Source: Candidatus Nanoarchaeia archaeon (lineage in GTDB: Archaea; Nanobdellota; Nanobdellia; Pacearchaeales; GW2011-AR1). From it: DNA of 64,000 nucleotides. Location of the stretch: NCBI GenBank assembly GCA_028711165.1, contig JAQTST010000001.1, positions 232,857 to 296,856 on the forward strand, written 5' to 3'. The position numbers were made by a program, and so were the translations under genes. This document shows positions 39,246-47,490 of the stretch, piece after piece. Within the stretch, counting starts at the first letter, position 1; each line of letters starts with the position of its first letter. The notes beneath the pieces are model-generated. The model was not told the DNA's origin and did no database searches. It saw only the letters and a program-made list of their open reading frames with translations.

Positions 39246-39770
39246 TTATTTTTTCTTTTTTCTAGAACTACCTTCTTCTGTTCTACGAAGCTTGTGGAGT
39301 TCCCATGTAATAAGAATCCCAACAATAAAAACTGCAGCAGTAAGAAGAATCAAGTAATTTCTTATCTGCCCGATTTCAGAACTTTTAACGCGGAACATAG
39401 AAGTTGCTGTCTTATTGCTGTTTATATTTACAACCAAATCATAAACCCCAGGCAAAGTTTCTTCAGGGACTTGTATAGTAGACAAAAAAGATGCTTGTGT
39501 TTCTACTGCCTTAATTTCTTTCTTATAATTAATAATTATATCTCCTTTCTTTATGTAATATTCTAAACTAATATCTTTTCTTCCTGCTTCTGCAATATTT
39601 TCAATTTGAATCTGAAAATTAAGAGTATCCCCTGCTGTAACTGTCTGGTATTTATCTGGAATTGTTATTGATACATCTAATGCTTGAACAAAAAACATCC
39701 CCAATATTATCCCAAATACCATTGAAAAAGTTAAAAGAAAAATAATCTTTGCCATTGTTTTATTATCCAT
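39246..39770 (-). CDS. Secreted Ig-like protein with C-terminal TM anchor
   Basis: Signal peptide; beta-rich region TLPGVYDLVV; TM helix. Confidence 0.7.
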   Translation of the reverse strand: MDNKTMAKIIFLLTFSMVFGIILGMFFVQALDVSITIPDKYQTVTAGDTLNFQIQIENIAEAGRKDISLEYYIKKGDIIINYKKEIKAVETQASFLSTIQVPEETLPGVYDLVVNINSNKTATSMFRVKSSEIGQIRNYLILLTAAVFIVGILITWELHKLRRTEEGSSRKKKK

Positions 39771-40266
39771 TTTTTTTATTTTTAATCATAGAATTTATTA
39801 CTATAAAAAAGACTATCATACTCGGGACAGTTAAGGTTAATCCTTTTATTAATTCAAGATAAAAATTATGAATAAAATAACTGACAATTTTTTCAATTAA
39901 AAACAAAATTGCAAAACCCCCCGCAGCTATATAAAGTTTATATCCTTTGGATTCAATTTTACCCCTGAAATAAATCAAATCAACTGCCCACATAATTACT
40001 ACACCGATTACTATTACAATATTTAAATAATAAGTGTCTGAAAGAAATCTTTCTGCAAAATGGATTTCTTTATGCCCGATATAGTAAAGAGAGGCAACAA
40101 CACTCCAACTAAGAGTAAAAAAAGTTAATCTTGTGAAATTTCCGTATATAATCTTTTTTGTTCTCCATCCAACGAATTCAATCCCGATGGATAATAAATT
40201 AAATATAACACTTATGAATACCGCACTTAATGAAAGAGATAATATTAACACCACATCTTCTGTCAT
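39763..40266 (-). CDS. Multi-pass membrane protein
   Basis: About 5 TM helices. Confidence 0.65.
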   Translation of the reverse strand: MTEDVVLILSLSLSAVFISVIFNLLSIGIEFVGWRTKKIIYGNFTRLTFFTLSWSVVASLYYIGHKEIHFAERFLSDTYYLNIVIVIGVVIMWAVDLIYFRGKIESKGYKLYIAAGGFAILFLIEKIVSYFIHNFYLELIKGLTLTVPSMIVFFIVINSMIKNKKNG

Positions 40267-40520
40267 TTCCCCTTTCCTCTTGCTAAGACAATTAAGACAG
40301 TAAGTATCGCAACGATGTATTCAATTTCTATAATTAACCAAGGAAGAGATAGATATATTTCATGTAATGCAAATGCGCTATCAAGACTTATAGCAATCCC
40401 AGCGATAAAAAACGGTATAAACTTTAAAATTCGTTTCTCTTCAATCATTGCAAAAGCAGTTTTCCACAATATAACTGTCGCAGCTATTAATTCAATTAAA
40501 ACATAAATCAAAATATTCAT
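40263..40520 (-). CDS. Small membrane protein
   Basis: 3 TM helices; overlapping start/stop with neighbours. Confidence 0.6.
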   Translation of the reverse strand: MNILIYVLIELIAATVILWKTAFAMIEEKRILKFIPFFIAGIAISLDSAFALHEIYLSLPWLIIEIEYIVAILTVLIVLARGKGK

Positions 40521-40903
40521 TTTGTATTCCTCCTAAACCCATATAGCAAACATAAAAAACCGACAAATTTGAAGAATACAATTATTGCCCAATATAAGAA
40601 ATCTAATGCAACTCCTGTCATTGCTTGATATTCCTGCATTGGAATTTCTGCAAGTTTTGTAATAGCTAAAATTATAGCCCCTGTCATAAAATATCTTTTT
40701 GTAATTTTATCTTCTATCTTAAATGAAAAACATAGCACAAATAAAGAAATTAACGCAAAAATCATATCCGGGATGTCATCAAATAATTTGGCATTCTGCC
40801 ATCCCCGGAAAAAAGAAGTCACAACAAAGAAATATGCCAGGATTAAAATTATTGATATTCCCATCCTAACCAAGCATCTACTACTAAATTTTATTTTTTT
40901 CAT
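40517..40903 (-). CDS. Membrane protein
   Basis: 4 TM helices. Confidence 0.65.
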   Translation of the reverse strand: MKKIKFSSRCLVRMGISIILILAYFFVVTSFFRGWQNAKLFDDIPDMIFALISLFVLCFSFKIEDKITKRYFMTGAIILAITKLAEIPMQEYQAMTGVALDFLYWAIIVFFKFVGFLCLLYGFRRNTK

Positions 40904-42057
40904 TCTCCTAATAAACTATTAAACCAACTTTTTAATATGTATAACCATCCTGTTTTTATTTTAAACTTTCCTTCAAATTGTTCTACTATTCCTGCATATT
41001 CAACATTTAATTTAAGTGTGTACTCTCCATCATCTAATTTTAAATTTGAAAATTGTTTTATTATTGACTGGTCTGTGTAAACTCTTATTTCTTCAGTTTC
41101 TTCATATTTTTTATTTCCGTCGCTGTCATAAACACTGTAATCTAATCGTGCAGGGACATATCTTTTCCCAAAATTCTGCAGAGTAATCCAAACGGCTAAT
41201 CTATCTGCTACACTTAATGAATTATCTTCTATGTCGAATGTAATATCAAATAATTGTTCGGGTATTGCTTCTTCTGGAGCAGGAGATTCTTCTGGTGGTG
41301 CTTCTGAAGGGATTTCTGCTGGTGTCTCGGTAGGAGTAGTAGGCTCTTCGGCAGGGGGAACTTCTTCAGGCACAATTACTGGTGATTCAATTTCTTCTTT
41401 TGCTTCTTCTATCTCTTCTTGAAAAGGATTTTCAGCAGAACAACTTTGTTCTTCAATTTCTTTAAATTCGCTACAACCTTCATTTACTCCGAAGCAATCT
41501 CTAGTTTGGAGATTATTAATACAATCCCCCCATGCACCGCATTGCCTTGAAACAGTACAAGTTGCTAAATCTTGATGGGCTTGTCCAGATGCTGCACTAT
41601 CTTTTTTTGCTTTTTCGACATTCATACAATTATCTTCCTGAGTTAGATTAGTCCTGCTGCAATCTTCATTTATAACTGTGCATACTCTTGTTTGTTTGTC
41701 ATTACTGCAACTGCTCCATTCTCCACAGGTTTTTTGGACAGAACATAACGCTCCTTTTTCTTCTTCAAACTTTAATACTTTCCATGTTTCTCCGTCGTAA
41801 AATCTTAATTTTTTAGAAACAGAATCTAAATAAATCATTCCAAAAACTGGAAGAACAGGTTCTGTACTTGGGGATAACAAAAGGAAATTCTTGATTGTGA
41901 TCTGCGGTGTTTTTATTTTTAATTCGGATTCATAAAATGGATTTCCATTTTCATCTTCGTTATAACTAAGAGAACTAGCACAGATTATTAAATTTAAAAC
42001 TAATAAAATTCCAATTCCCAGAATTATTTGCTTTTTCATTTTAGTTATAATAACCAA
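40900..42057 (-). CDS. Secreted protein with two TSP1-like Cys/Trp repeats, Pro/Glu linker and Ig-like C-domain
   Basis: CGEWSSCSNDKQTRVC and CGAWGDCINNLQTRDC; PEEVPPAEEP linker. Confidence 0.72.
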   Translation of the reverse strand: MVIITKMKKQIILGIGILLVLNLIICASSLSYNEDENGNPFYESELKIKTPQITIKNFLLLSPSTEPVLPVFGMIYLDSVSKKLRFYDGETWKVLKFEEEKGALCSVQKTCGEWSSCSNDKQTRVCTVINEDCSRTNLTQEDNCMNVEKAKKDSAASGQAHQDLATCTVSRQCGAWGDCINNLQTRDCFGVNEGCSEFKEIEEQSCSAENPFQEEIEEAKEEIESPVIVPEEVPPAEEPTTPTETPAEIPSEAPPEESPAPEEAIPEQLFDITFDIEDNSLSVADRLAVWITLQNFGKRYVPARLDYSVYDSDGNKKYEETEEIRVYTDQSIIKQFSNLKLDDGEYTLKLNVEYAGIVEQFEGKFKIKTGWLYILKSWFNSLLGE

Positions 42058-43345
42058 TTACTGTCACTGACAAATCTGTAACTCTCTGGCTCCCTCCAGT
42101 TCCTGAATATTTAAGAACCATTAAATCCCCCTGGCTAAAATTTACATTAAAATTTAACACAGAACCTTTTGTAACTCCTTGCATGTTTACAAATGCATTT
42201 GTGTCAATAAAACTTGTTTTACTAGAAGTGCTTTTCATTAAAGTAACTTTTGAAATATCTGTTCCATCGATAGATGCTGCATTCCATAAAATTCCAGTAA
42301 CTGTCAGATTTTTATCCACTATTGTAGAAGCCGGGCTTGCAGTTATTTTTGCTGTTCCTCCTATTGAGAATGGCAGATATGAAGTTGATACAATTAAAAT
42401 TCCATCACTTGTCGACGAGAATCTTACCGGAATTTTCATATTTCCACCCGAAAGGCAATTTGTTCCGTCTGCTAAACAAACTAATTTATTGTTAGAATAA
42501 ATATTTCCTGTAACATTAATTCCGTTTTCGTCTATAATCATCCTTTCTATCATTGTATTACTTCCTCTCGCAGTTGTTTTGAATTGTATTTTTTTCCCTT
42601 GAGAATTGCCAATCCAATTTTCAGTAGCCAATATTCTTATATCCCCCTGCCCAATTCCCCCGAGAGAAAACCCGTTTGTTCCATATCCTCTTGTAGAAAT
42701 ATACCCAATAGTATCTCCTGCCAAAATTGGTTGCGGATTTGCTAAAGTTCCTCTAGCTTTTCTTAAAATAATTCCTGAACCAACTACTGTGTCATATGTA
42801 TAAGCATCTATCATTGTTCCTATATTAACAGTAGAATTTGTTTCCTGAATTATATGCAGAAATGCTAAGGGAGTTGTTTGCAATCCTATTCCAACTTTAG
42901 AAGCCTGGATTATAATCGGCACGTCATTTGTAATTAATGGAACTTTAATTTCACTTTCTACTTTTATACTCCCTGTTGTTGTTTCATTAATATCTTTTCT
43001 TAAATAATCGAAATGAGTTAATCTCCTTCTTGGAGATTGAATAGTTCCGTCAATAGAAATTTCAACAAAATAATCTTTTGTTGTGTCGCTGCAGATACTA
43101 GAAAGTCCTGTTAATTCTGTTTTCCATTGCCCCCAATATCCCGTTGAGATATTTTTTGTATAAGAACCTAATAAATTTCCACTGGTTTCAGCGTCGTAAA
43201 TATCAAATTTAAAAGTGAATGTTCCCTGTTGGAATTGTGTCCCCTTATAATATTGCCCCTGGAAAACTGAAACATCACTTGAGGCACAAATAAAATTTAT
43301 AAAAATAATTAATATTACTACACCTAAAAGAAATTTTGAATTCAT
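42041..43345 (-). CDS. Secreted fibre/adhesin-like protein
   Basis: Signal peptide; KVGIGLQTTPLAFLHI and ERMIIDENG resemble tail-fibre-like beta repeats. Confidence 0.65.
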   Translation of the reverse strand: MNSKFLLGVVILIIFINFICASSDVSVFQGQYYKGTQFQQGTFTFKFDIYDAETSGNLLGSYTKNISTGYWGQWKTELTGLSSICSDTTKDYFVEISIDGTIQSPRRRLTHFDYLRKDINETTTGSIKVESEIKVPLITNDVPIIIQASKVGIGLQTTPLAFLHIIQETNSTVNIGTMIDAYTYDTVVGSGIILRKARGTLANPQPILAGDTIGYISTRGYGTNGFSLGGIGQGDIRILATENWIGNSQGKKIQFKTTARGSNTMIERMIIDENGINVTGNIYSNNKLVCLADGTNCLSGGNMKIPVRFSSTSDGILIVSTSYLPFSIGGTAKITASPASTIVDKNLTVTGILWNAASIDGTDISKVTLMKSTSSKTSFIDTNAFVNMQGVTKGSVLNFNVNFSQGDLMVLKYSGTGGSQRVTDLSVTVIGYYN

Positions 43346-43989
43346 TGCCTCCCCCTTTTTATTTTGAGCACTTTCTTCTTTTTAATCCTTACTTTTTTTT
43401 GTTTTCTTTTTGTCCAAAAGAATATTTTTATAAAAATATATACAAACAGCGAAAGAACTAATATCCCTGCAATAATTGCAATTGGTAAAATTAAATTTCT
43501 ATTTCTTCCAAGAACAAGTCCTGCAAAAAGTGGCAGAAACCTTTCACAAATATCCTCATAATTATTAACATACTCTTCTGTTTTGCTGTCTGAAAAATTT
43601 ATTATATTTTTTTGATTAATCTGGGCGGTAAGTTCTTGAATCTCTTCAGATGTATAATTTCTTGTCTGTTGAGTTTTTATGTGATTTACCAGCGACTGAA
43701 AAATTATGTCACAAACCTGTTGTTTATTTGATTCTTCTGCAGTATCTTCAGAAATACAAACCCCGCAATCAATTGAACAACTATCACAGGTTTCTCCAGA
43801 ATCACAAAAATCATTTCCACAATAAATTGCCCTTCCTCCCCCAGATGGACTTGCTTGAGCGATTTCTTCCGATGACATTATAAATTCATCATTATATCCC
43901 AGTTCACCTTCAAAAAAAGTTGTTTCTGCCAAACATAGACTAGAAAAAAATAATGCGAATAAAATTACAATTAAAACTTTTTTTACCAT
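43342..43989 (-). CDS. Secreted Cys-rich, TM-anchored protein
   Basis: CGNDFCDSGETCDSCSIDCG motif; C-terminal TM helix and basic tail. Confidence 0.7.
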   Translation of the reverse strand: MVKKVLIVILFALFFSSLCLAETTFFEGELGYNDEFIMSSEEIAQASPSGGGRAIYCGNDFCDSGETCDSCSIDCGVCISEDTAEESNKQQVCDIIFQSLVNHIKTQQTRNYTSEEIQELTAQINQKNIINFSDSKTEEYVNNYEDICERFLPLFAGLVLGRNRNLILPIAIIAGILVLSLFVYIFIKIFFWTKRKQKKVRIKKKKVLKIKRGRQ

Positions 43990-44081
43990 ACAGCCTCTTT
44001 CTAAATCGAAGGTAATAAGAATTATAAACTTTCTGGAACAATAACTTTTAATACCTATACGATACTATTTTAACATCTAAA

Positions 44082-44154
44082 AGCCCCATAGTACAGCGGT
44101 CAAGTATATCGGCCTCTGGAGCCGGTGACCCAGGTTCGAATCCTGGTGGGGCTA
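44082..44154 (+). tRNA. tRNA-Gln(CTG)
   Basis: AGCCCCA...TCGGC CT CTG GA GCCGG...CCAGG TTCGAAT CCTGG TGGGGCT A; archaeal A1-U72. Confidence 0.96.
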
Positions 44155-44267
44155 TTTCTTTTATGGGGATGAGAACCTGAAGGTTCGACGAGCGATTTCA
44201 CGAGTGCCGAAAAATATTTTAATGCAACGAGTGGGGTCGCGAGCACTGATGGGGCTATTTCTTTTAT
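44147..44267. repeat. Family B element flanked by an 18-bp direct repeat of the tRNA-Gln 3' end and trailer
   Basis: TGGGGCTATTTCTTTTAT at 44147 and 44250; GAGCGATTTCACGAGTG...CGAGTGGGGTCGCGAG between them. Confidence 0.88.
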
Positions 44268-44304
44268 CAGAAATATTTTTATACATCATTATTCTAATTA
44301 AATC

Positions 44305-44622
44305 ATGGAGATGTTAATGATTTTTTTTGTGATTGCAATTCTTATAGTTACTATGTGGGTGATGTTCAAATTCAGGGGATTTCAGCAAAAATTTTTAACT
44401 GTTTTTTTAATAGTCTTAATTTTATTTTCTTTTTTTAGTTTTTATCTTGCGTTCAACGGGAAAAATATTACTATAAAAAGTGTCAGTGATGTTGAGAAAC
44501 TTGGAAAACTTTATTTTTCGTGGCTTGGAAATGTTTTTAATAACATAAAAATTTTGACAACTCAGGCGATAAAAATGCGCTGGGAAGGAAACAGAACAAT
44601 AAAATCGATAAGGTTAACATAA
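44305..44622 (+). CDS. Membrane hypothetical protein
   Basis: 2 TM helices; LYFSWLG motif. Confidence 0.7.
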   Translation: MEMLMIFFVIAILIVTMWVMFKFRGFQQKFLTVFLIVLILFSFFSFYLAFNGKNITIKSVSDVEKLGKLYFSWLGNVFNNIKILTTQAIKMRWEGNRTIKSIRLT

Positions 44623-44653
44623 TATTTATAAAGCATAAGTTCCAATATATATT

Positions 44654-44944
44654 ATGACAAGAAAAAAGGGGATGAAGAAAACAGCGAGGAGAAATTTGAG
44701 AAAAAAGGGTTCTAAATACATGCAAGCGGGCGGTTTGCAGAACAAAATAAAACTTGTTATCAATAATCTTTTATTATTTGTAGCATTATCTCTCATATCA
44801 TTTGTGTTGTACAGATTTATTGAAAATAGTTTTTTGAATGATTTGTTTTTTATCATTGCAATAGTTTTTGGTTTTATTGGAGTTGGATTTTTGATAGTTC
44901 TTTTAATCTTGATGATTATGAATTTGATGTCTAAGAGAAGATAA
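44654..44944 (+). CDS. Membrane hypothetical protein
   Basis: Basic N-terminus plus 2 TM helices. Confidence 0.65.
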   Translation: MTRKKGMKKTARRNLRKKGSKYMQAGGLQNKIKLVINNLLLFVALSLISFVLYRFIENSFLNDLFFIIAIVFGFIGVGFLIVLLILMIMNLMSKRR

Positions 44945-44975
44945 TTTTTTATATACTAATTCTAAATAAATTTAT

Positions 44976-45102
44976 GCCTGCGTAGCTCACTGGGTTTCTT
45001 AGAAAGAAACTACAATGACAGAGCAAAGCTCAGCACAAATACAAAACGAGTTTTGCATAATGGTAGAAATGCTTAAAATGCATTCATTCGCTACATATTA
45101 AA
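44976..45102 (+). repeat. Duplicated tRNA-Thr 5' end plus family D element in the pre-tRNA leader
   Basis: GCCTGCGTAGCTCA at 44976 and 45103; D element at 45015-45063. Confidence 0.82.
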
Positions 45103-45176
45103 GCCTGCGTAGCTCAGTCGGTTAGAGCGCGACATTGGTAATGTCGAGGTCCTGAGTTCAACTCTCAGCACAGGCT
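45103..45176 (+). tRNA. tRNA-Thr(GGT)
   Basis: GCCTGCG TA GCTC...CGACA TT GGT AA TGTCG...CTGAG TTCAACT CTCAG CACAGGC T. Confidence 0.93.
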
Positions 45177-45224
45177 TGGTAGTCCTTGAAATAAATTTAT
45201 AAACCTCTTCATCAGACTTCTGAT

Positions 45225-45710
45225 ATGCTTAATGAATGGAATCTTAAACAATTAAAGGAAACTTATAGCTCTCTGGGAGAAAAATATAATCTTCCCTCTT
45301 TTGAAAAACTTAATGGAGATTTCCAGATTGAAAAAGTTGCAGAATACGAGACTGATTTCGTGCTGAGAGAAATAAGGGAAAATATAACTGCGAAATTTCT
45401 TAATTATCTCAGGTTTATTGAATCGCTGATAAACCCGTCGAACGGGCCGATGTTCATGTTCGCTGTGATAAAAACTCTCGGTGCAAGGGAAAAAGAAAAA
45501 CTTTCTGAACTTTACAAAAAGATAGCGAAAATAGATGTTGATTTGATTGAACTTGATTTGGAATATTCTGAAAAAAAAGAAGCTGAGGCGATAAAAAAAT
45601 ATTATGAAATGTGGCAGGAAATCAAGAAAGAACTTATTGAAATCGTCAGTGTCATAAAAAATAACTGGGATGTCAAGGAAGAGAACGGGAAAGGGAATTA
45701 TCTGGGGTAG
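45225..45710 (+). CDS. Hypothetical helical protein
   Basis: 161 aa; TTTATAAA upstream. Confidence 0.75.
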   Translation: MLNEWNLKQLKETYSSLGEKYNLPSFEKLNGDFQIEKVAEYETDFVLREIRENITAKFLNYLRFIESLINPSNGPMFMFAVIKTLGAREKEKLSELYKKIAKIDVDLIELDLEYSEKKEAEAIKKYYEMWQEIKKELIEIVSVIKNNWDVKEENGKGNYLG

Positions 45711-45771
45711 CGCGGACACCTAATCGGTTTCCTTCGCTTAATCTTCCCCTTGAATTTGTGGTCAAGCCTGA

Positions 45772-46203
45772 TTACTTAAGAATCTTTCTGGCAAATTTTT
45801 TTAATTTTCCAACGAAATAATTTTTATTTTCTTCTTTTGTATAATTCACTTTCTTATCTGTCCTTTCTTCTAACAATCCTAAAACTCCGTAGATAAATTC
45901 TTTTAATGTCTGATTTGTTGCTATATTTTCTGTCTTAATTCCTCTTGGAAAATTTTTATCTCTTTGTGCTTTTTTTATTATTTCTGTGTACTCTTTGTAA
46001 TGGAGTGGAAATGTGACAAAACCGATTCTCTCTTTGCCTTTCAATATTTTTCCGAGGTAGAGAATATCCTCTTCGCTGTCATTTCCGTTGAGAATTAAAA
46101 TATTTTTTACTTTTCTTTTTGACGATTCTTCAAGTGCTCTTTTTTTCCTTTGCTGAGTCCAGCCAGTTGGGATAAGAATATAATCGAGTTCTTTTGGTTT
46201 CAT
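45772..46203 (-). CDS. Hypothetical protein
   Basis: 143-aa ORF. Confidence 0.65.
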   Translation of the reverse strand: MKPKELDYILIPTGWTQQRKKRALEESSKRKVKNILILNGNDSEEDILYLGKILKGKERIGFVTFPLHYKEYTEIIKKAQRDKNFPRGIKTENIATNQTLKEFIYGVLGLLEERTDKKVNYTKEENKNYFVGKLKKFARKILK

Positions 46204-46253
46204 AATTAGTATAAATACCTAATATTTAAAAAGTCTATTTGTAAAAGATTTTT

Positions 46254-46565
46254 ATGAAAAAATTAGAAATCAATCAATTTTTACTTCCCTTACAAGAATC
46301 TCTTAATATAAAATTAAAAACTGGAGAAAAAATTCCTCCAATATATAAAGAAAAGATTAGAGGTTATAAGGGGTTATATTTATTTGATCCTACGTCTGAA
46401 AAACCCTTTTTAATTGCAAGAAATGCTTTTTGGGCTTTAGATGAAATGAGACTACAGGGAGATATGGTTTATCCAATAGAAGCTGCGAGTTATCTATTTA
46501 ATCAAAGCGTAAATCCAATAAAAATTCAAAAGAGAATAAAGAGTCTTCTCAATAAATTTAATTAA
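46254..46565 (+). CDS. Hypothetical protein
   Basis: 103-aa low-GC ORF. Confidence 0.55.
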   Translation: MKKLEINQFLLPLQESLNIKLKTGEKIPPIYKEKIRGYKGLYLFDPTSEKPFLIARNAFWALDEMRLQGDMVYPIEAASYLFNQSVNPIKIQKRIKSLLNKFN

Positions 46566-46571
46566 TTTTTA

Positions 46572-47489
46572 ATGAAACAATCAAATTTTTACGGTTTCAC
46601 AGTGCACAATTGGAAAGCAGAATTAGCTGGTTTTCCTAAAGAAGATTCTTATGCTTTTGATGAAGATAAAAAGATTGTTTGTGTTGCTGATGGAGTAACC
46701 CGGGATTTTACCGACGGAAATGTTGTAACTCGCGACTTGGAAGGATTGCTGAAATCTTGGAATGGGAAATATCCAAAATATGCACAAGATGTTTCTAAAA
46801 TTTGTACTGATAATTTCCTAAAAACTAAATCGTTAATCAAGGCAAATAAATCCATCGGCGATTATAATGCTATGACTTTGGATAAAATTGATTATCTCGG
46901 AAATGATTTTGCAGGATGCACTGCTGCGGGGGTTTTTGAGAAAGGTGAATTTTTGTACTGGCAGTTTATTGCTGATTCAGGAATTGCAATTATTGACTCT
47001 TTTGGAAATTTGAAATTTAAAACACCTGATGAAGGACCTCATTGCAAAGAAAAGAATCCTTATCTTGAAAGAATTTTAAAACAGCATGGCGAATTTCAGA
47101 ATCCTGAAGGAAGAAAAATAATTCGAAGCCAATATAGAAATAATCCCGAAGAAAAATTTGCTTATGGGGTTTTAACTGGAGAGAAAACTGCAGAAAATTA
47201 TATCAAAGGGGGAAAAGAAAAACTTAATACTGGAGACTATGTTTTGCTTTATACCGACGGAGTCGGAGAATTTATTTTTAATAATGAAAAGATAGACAGA
47301 GAATTTAGGAATAAATTACTTCAAAATGATTTCAAGGGAATGAGAGAATTCTGCAAGAAAAAAATTTCAAATGAAGGAACTTTGGTTGTTTATCAAAAAC
47401 CTGCTAGGCATTCTTCTCCTTCAGCCTATTCAATGATGATGAGACAAAAAGAACTTTGTGAGAGAGATTTTTTTGGTCCTTTGTATTAA
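46572..47489 (+). CDS. PP2C-like phosphatase
   Basis: EDS, VADGV, IADSG and LYTDGV motifs. Confidence 0.8.
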   Translation: MKQSNFYGFTVHNWKAELAGFPKEDSYAFDEDKKIVCVADGVTRDFTDGNVVTRDLEGLLKSWNGKYPKYAQDVSKICTDNFLKTKSLIKANKSIGDYNAMTLDKIDYLGNDFAGCTAAGVFEKGEFLYWQFIADSGIAIIDSFGNLKFKTPDEGPHCKEKNPYLERILKQHGEFQNPEGRKIIRSQYRNNPEEKFAYGVLTGEKTAENYIKGGKEKLNTGDYVLLYTDGVGEFIFNNEKIDREFRNKLLQNDFKGMREFCKKKISNEGTLVVYQKPARHSSPSAYSMMMRQKELCERDFFGPLY

Positions 47490-47490
47490 A

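Noticed and set aside
38784..39325. ORFs 38784-39125, 38912-39106 and 39113-39325
   Set aside because: Overlap tRNA-Glu and nested repeats; no protein-like features
39246..43989. Provirus or integrative element at tRNA-Glu or tRNA-Gln
   Set aside because: No integrase, capsid or terminase; the tRNA-end duplications lie within 300 bp of each tRNA and do not flank the island
45711..45771. GC-richer spacer between convergent genes as another element
   Set aside because: No match to families A-D and no clear arms or direct repeats
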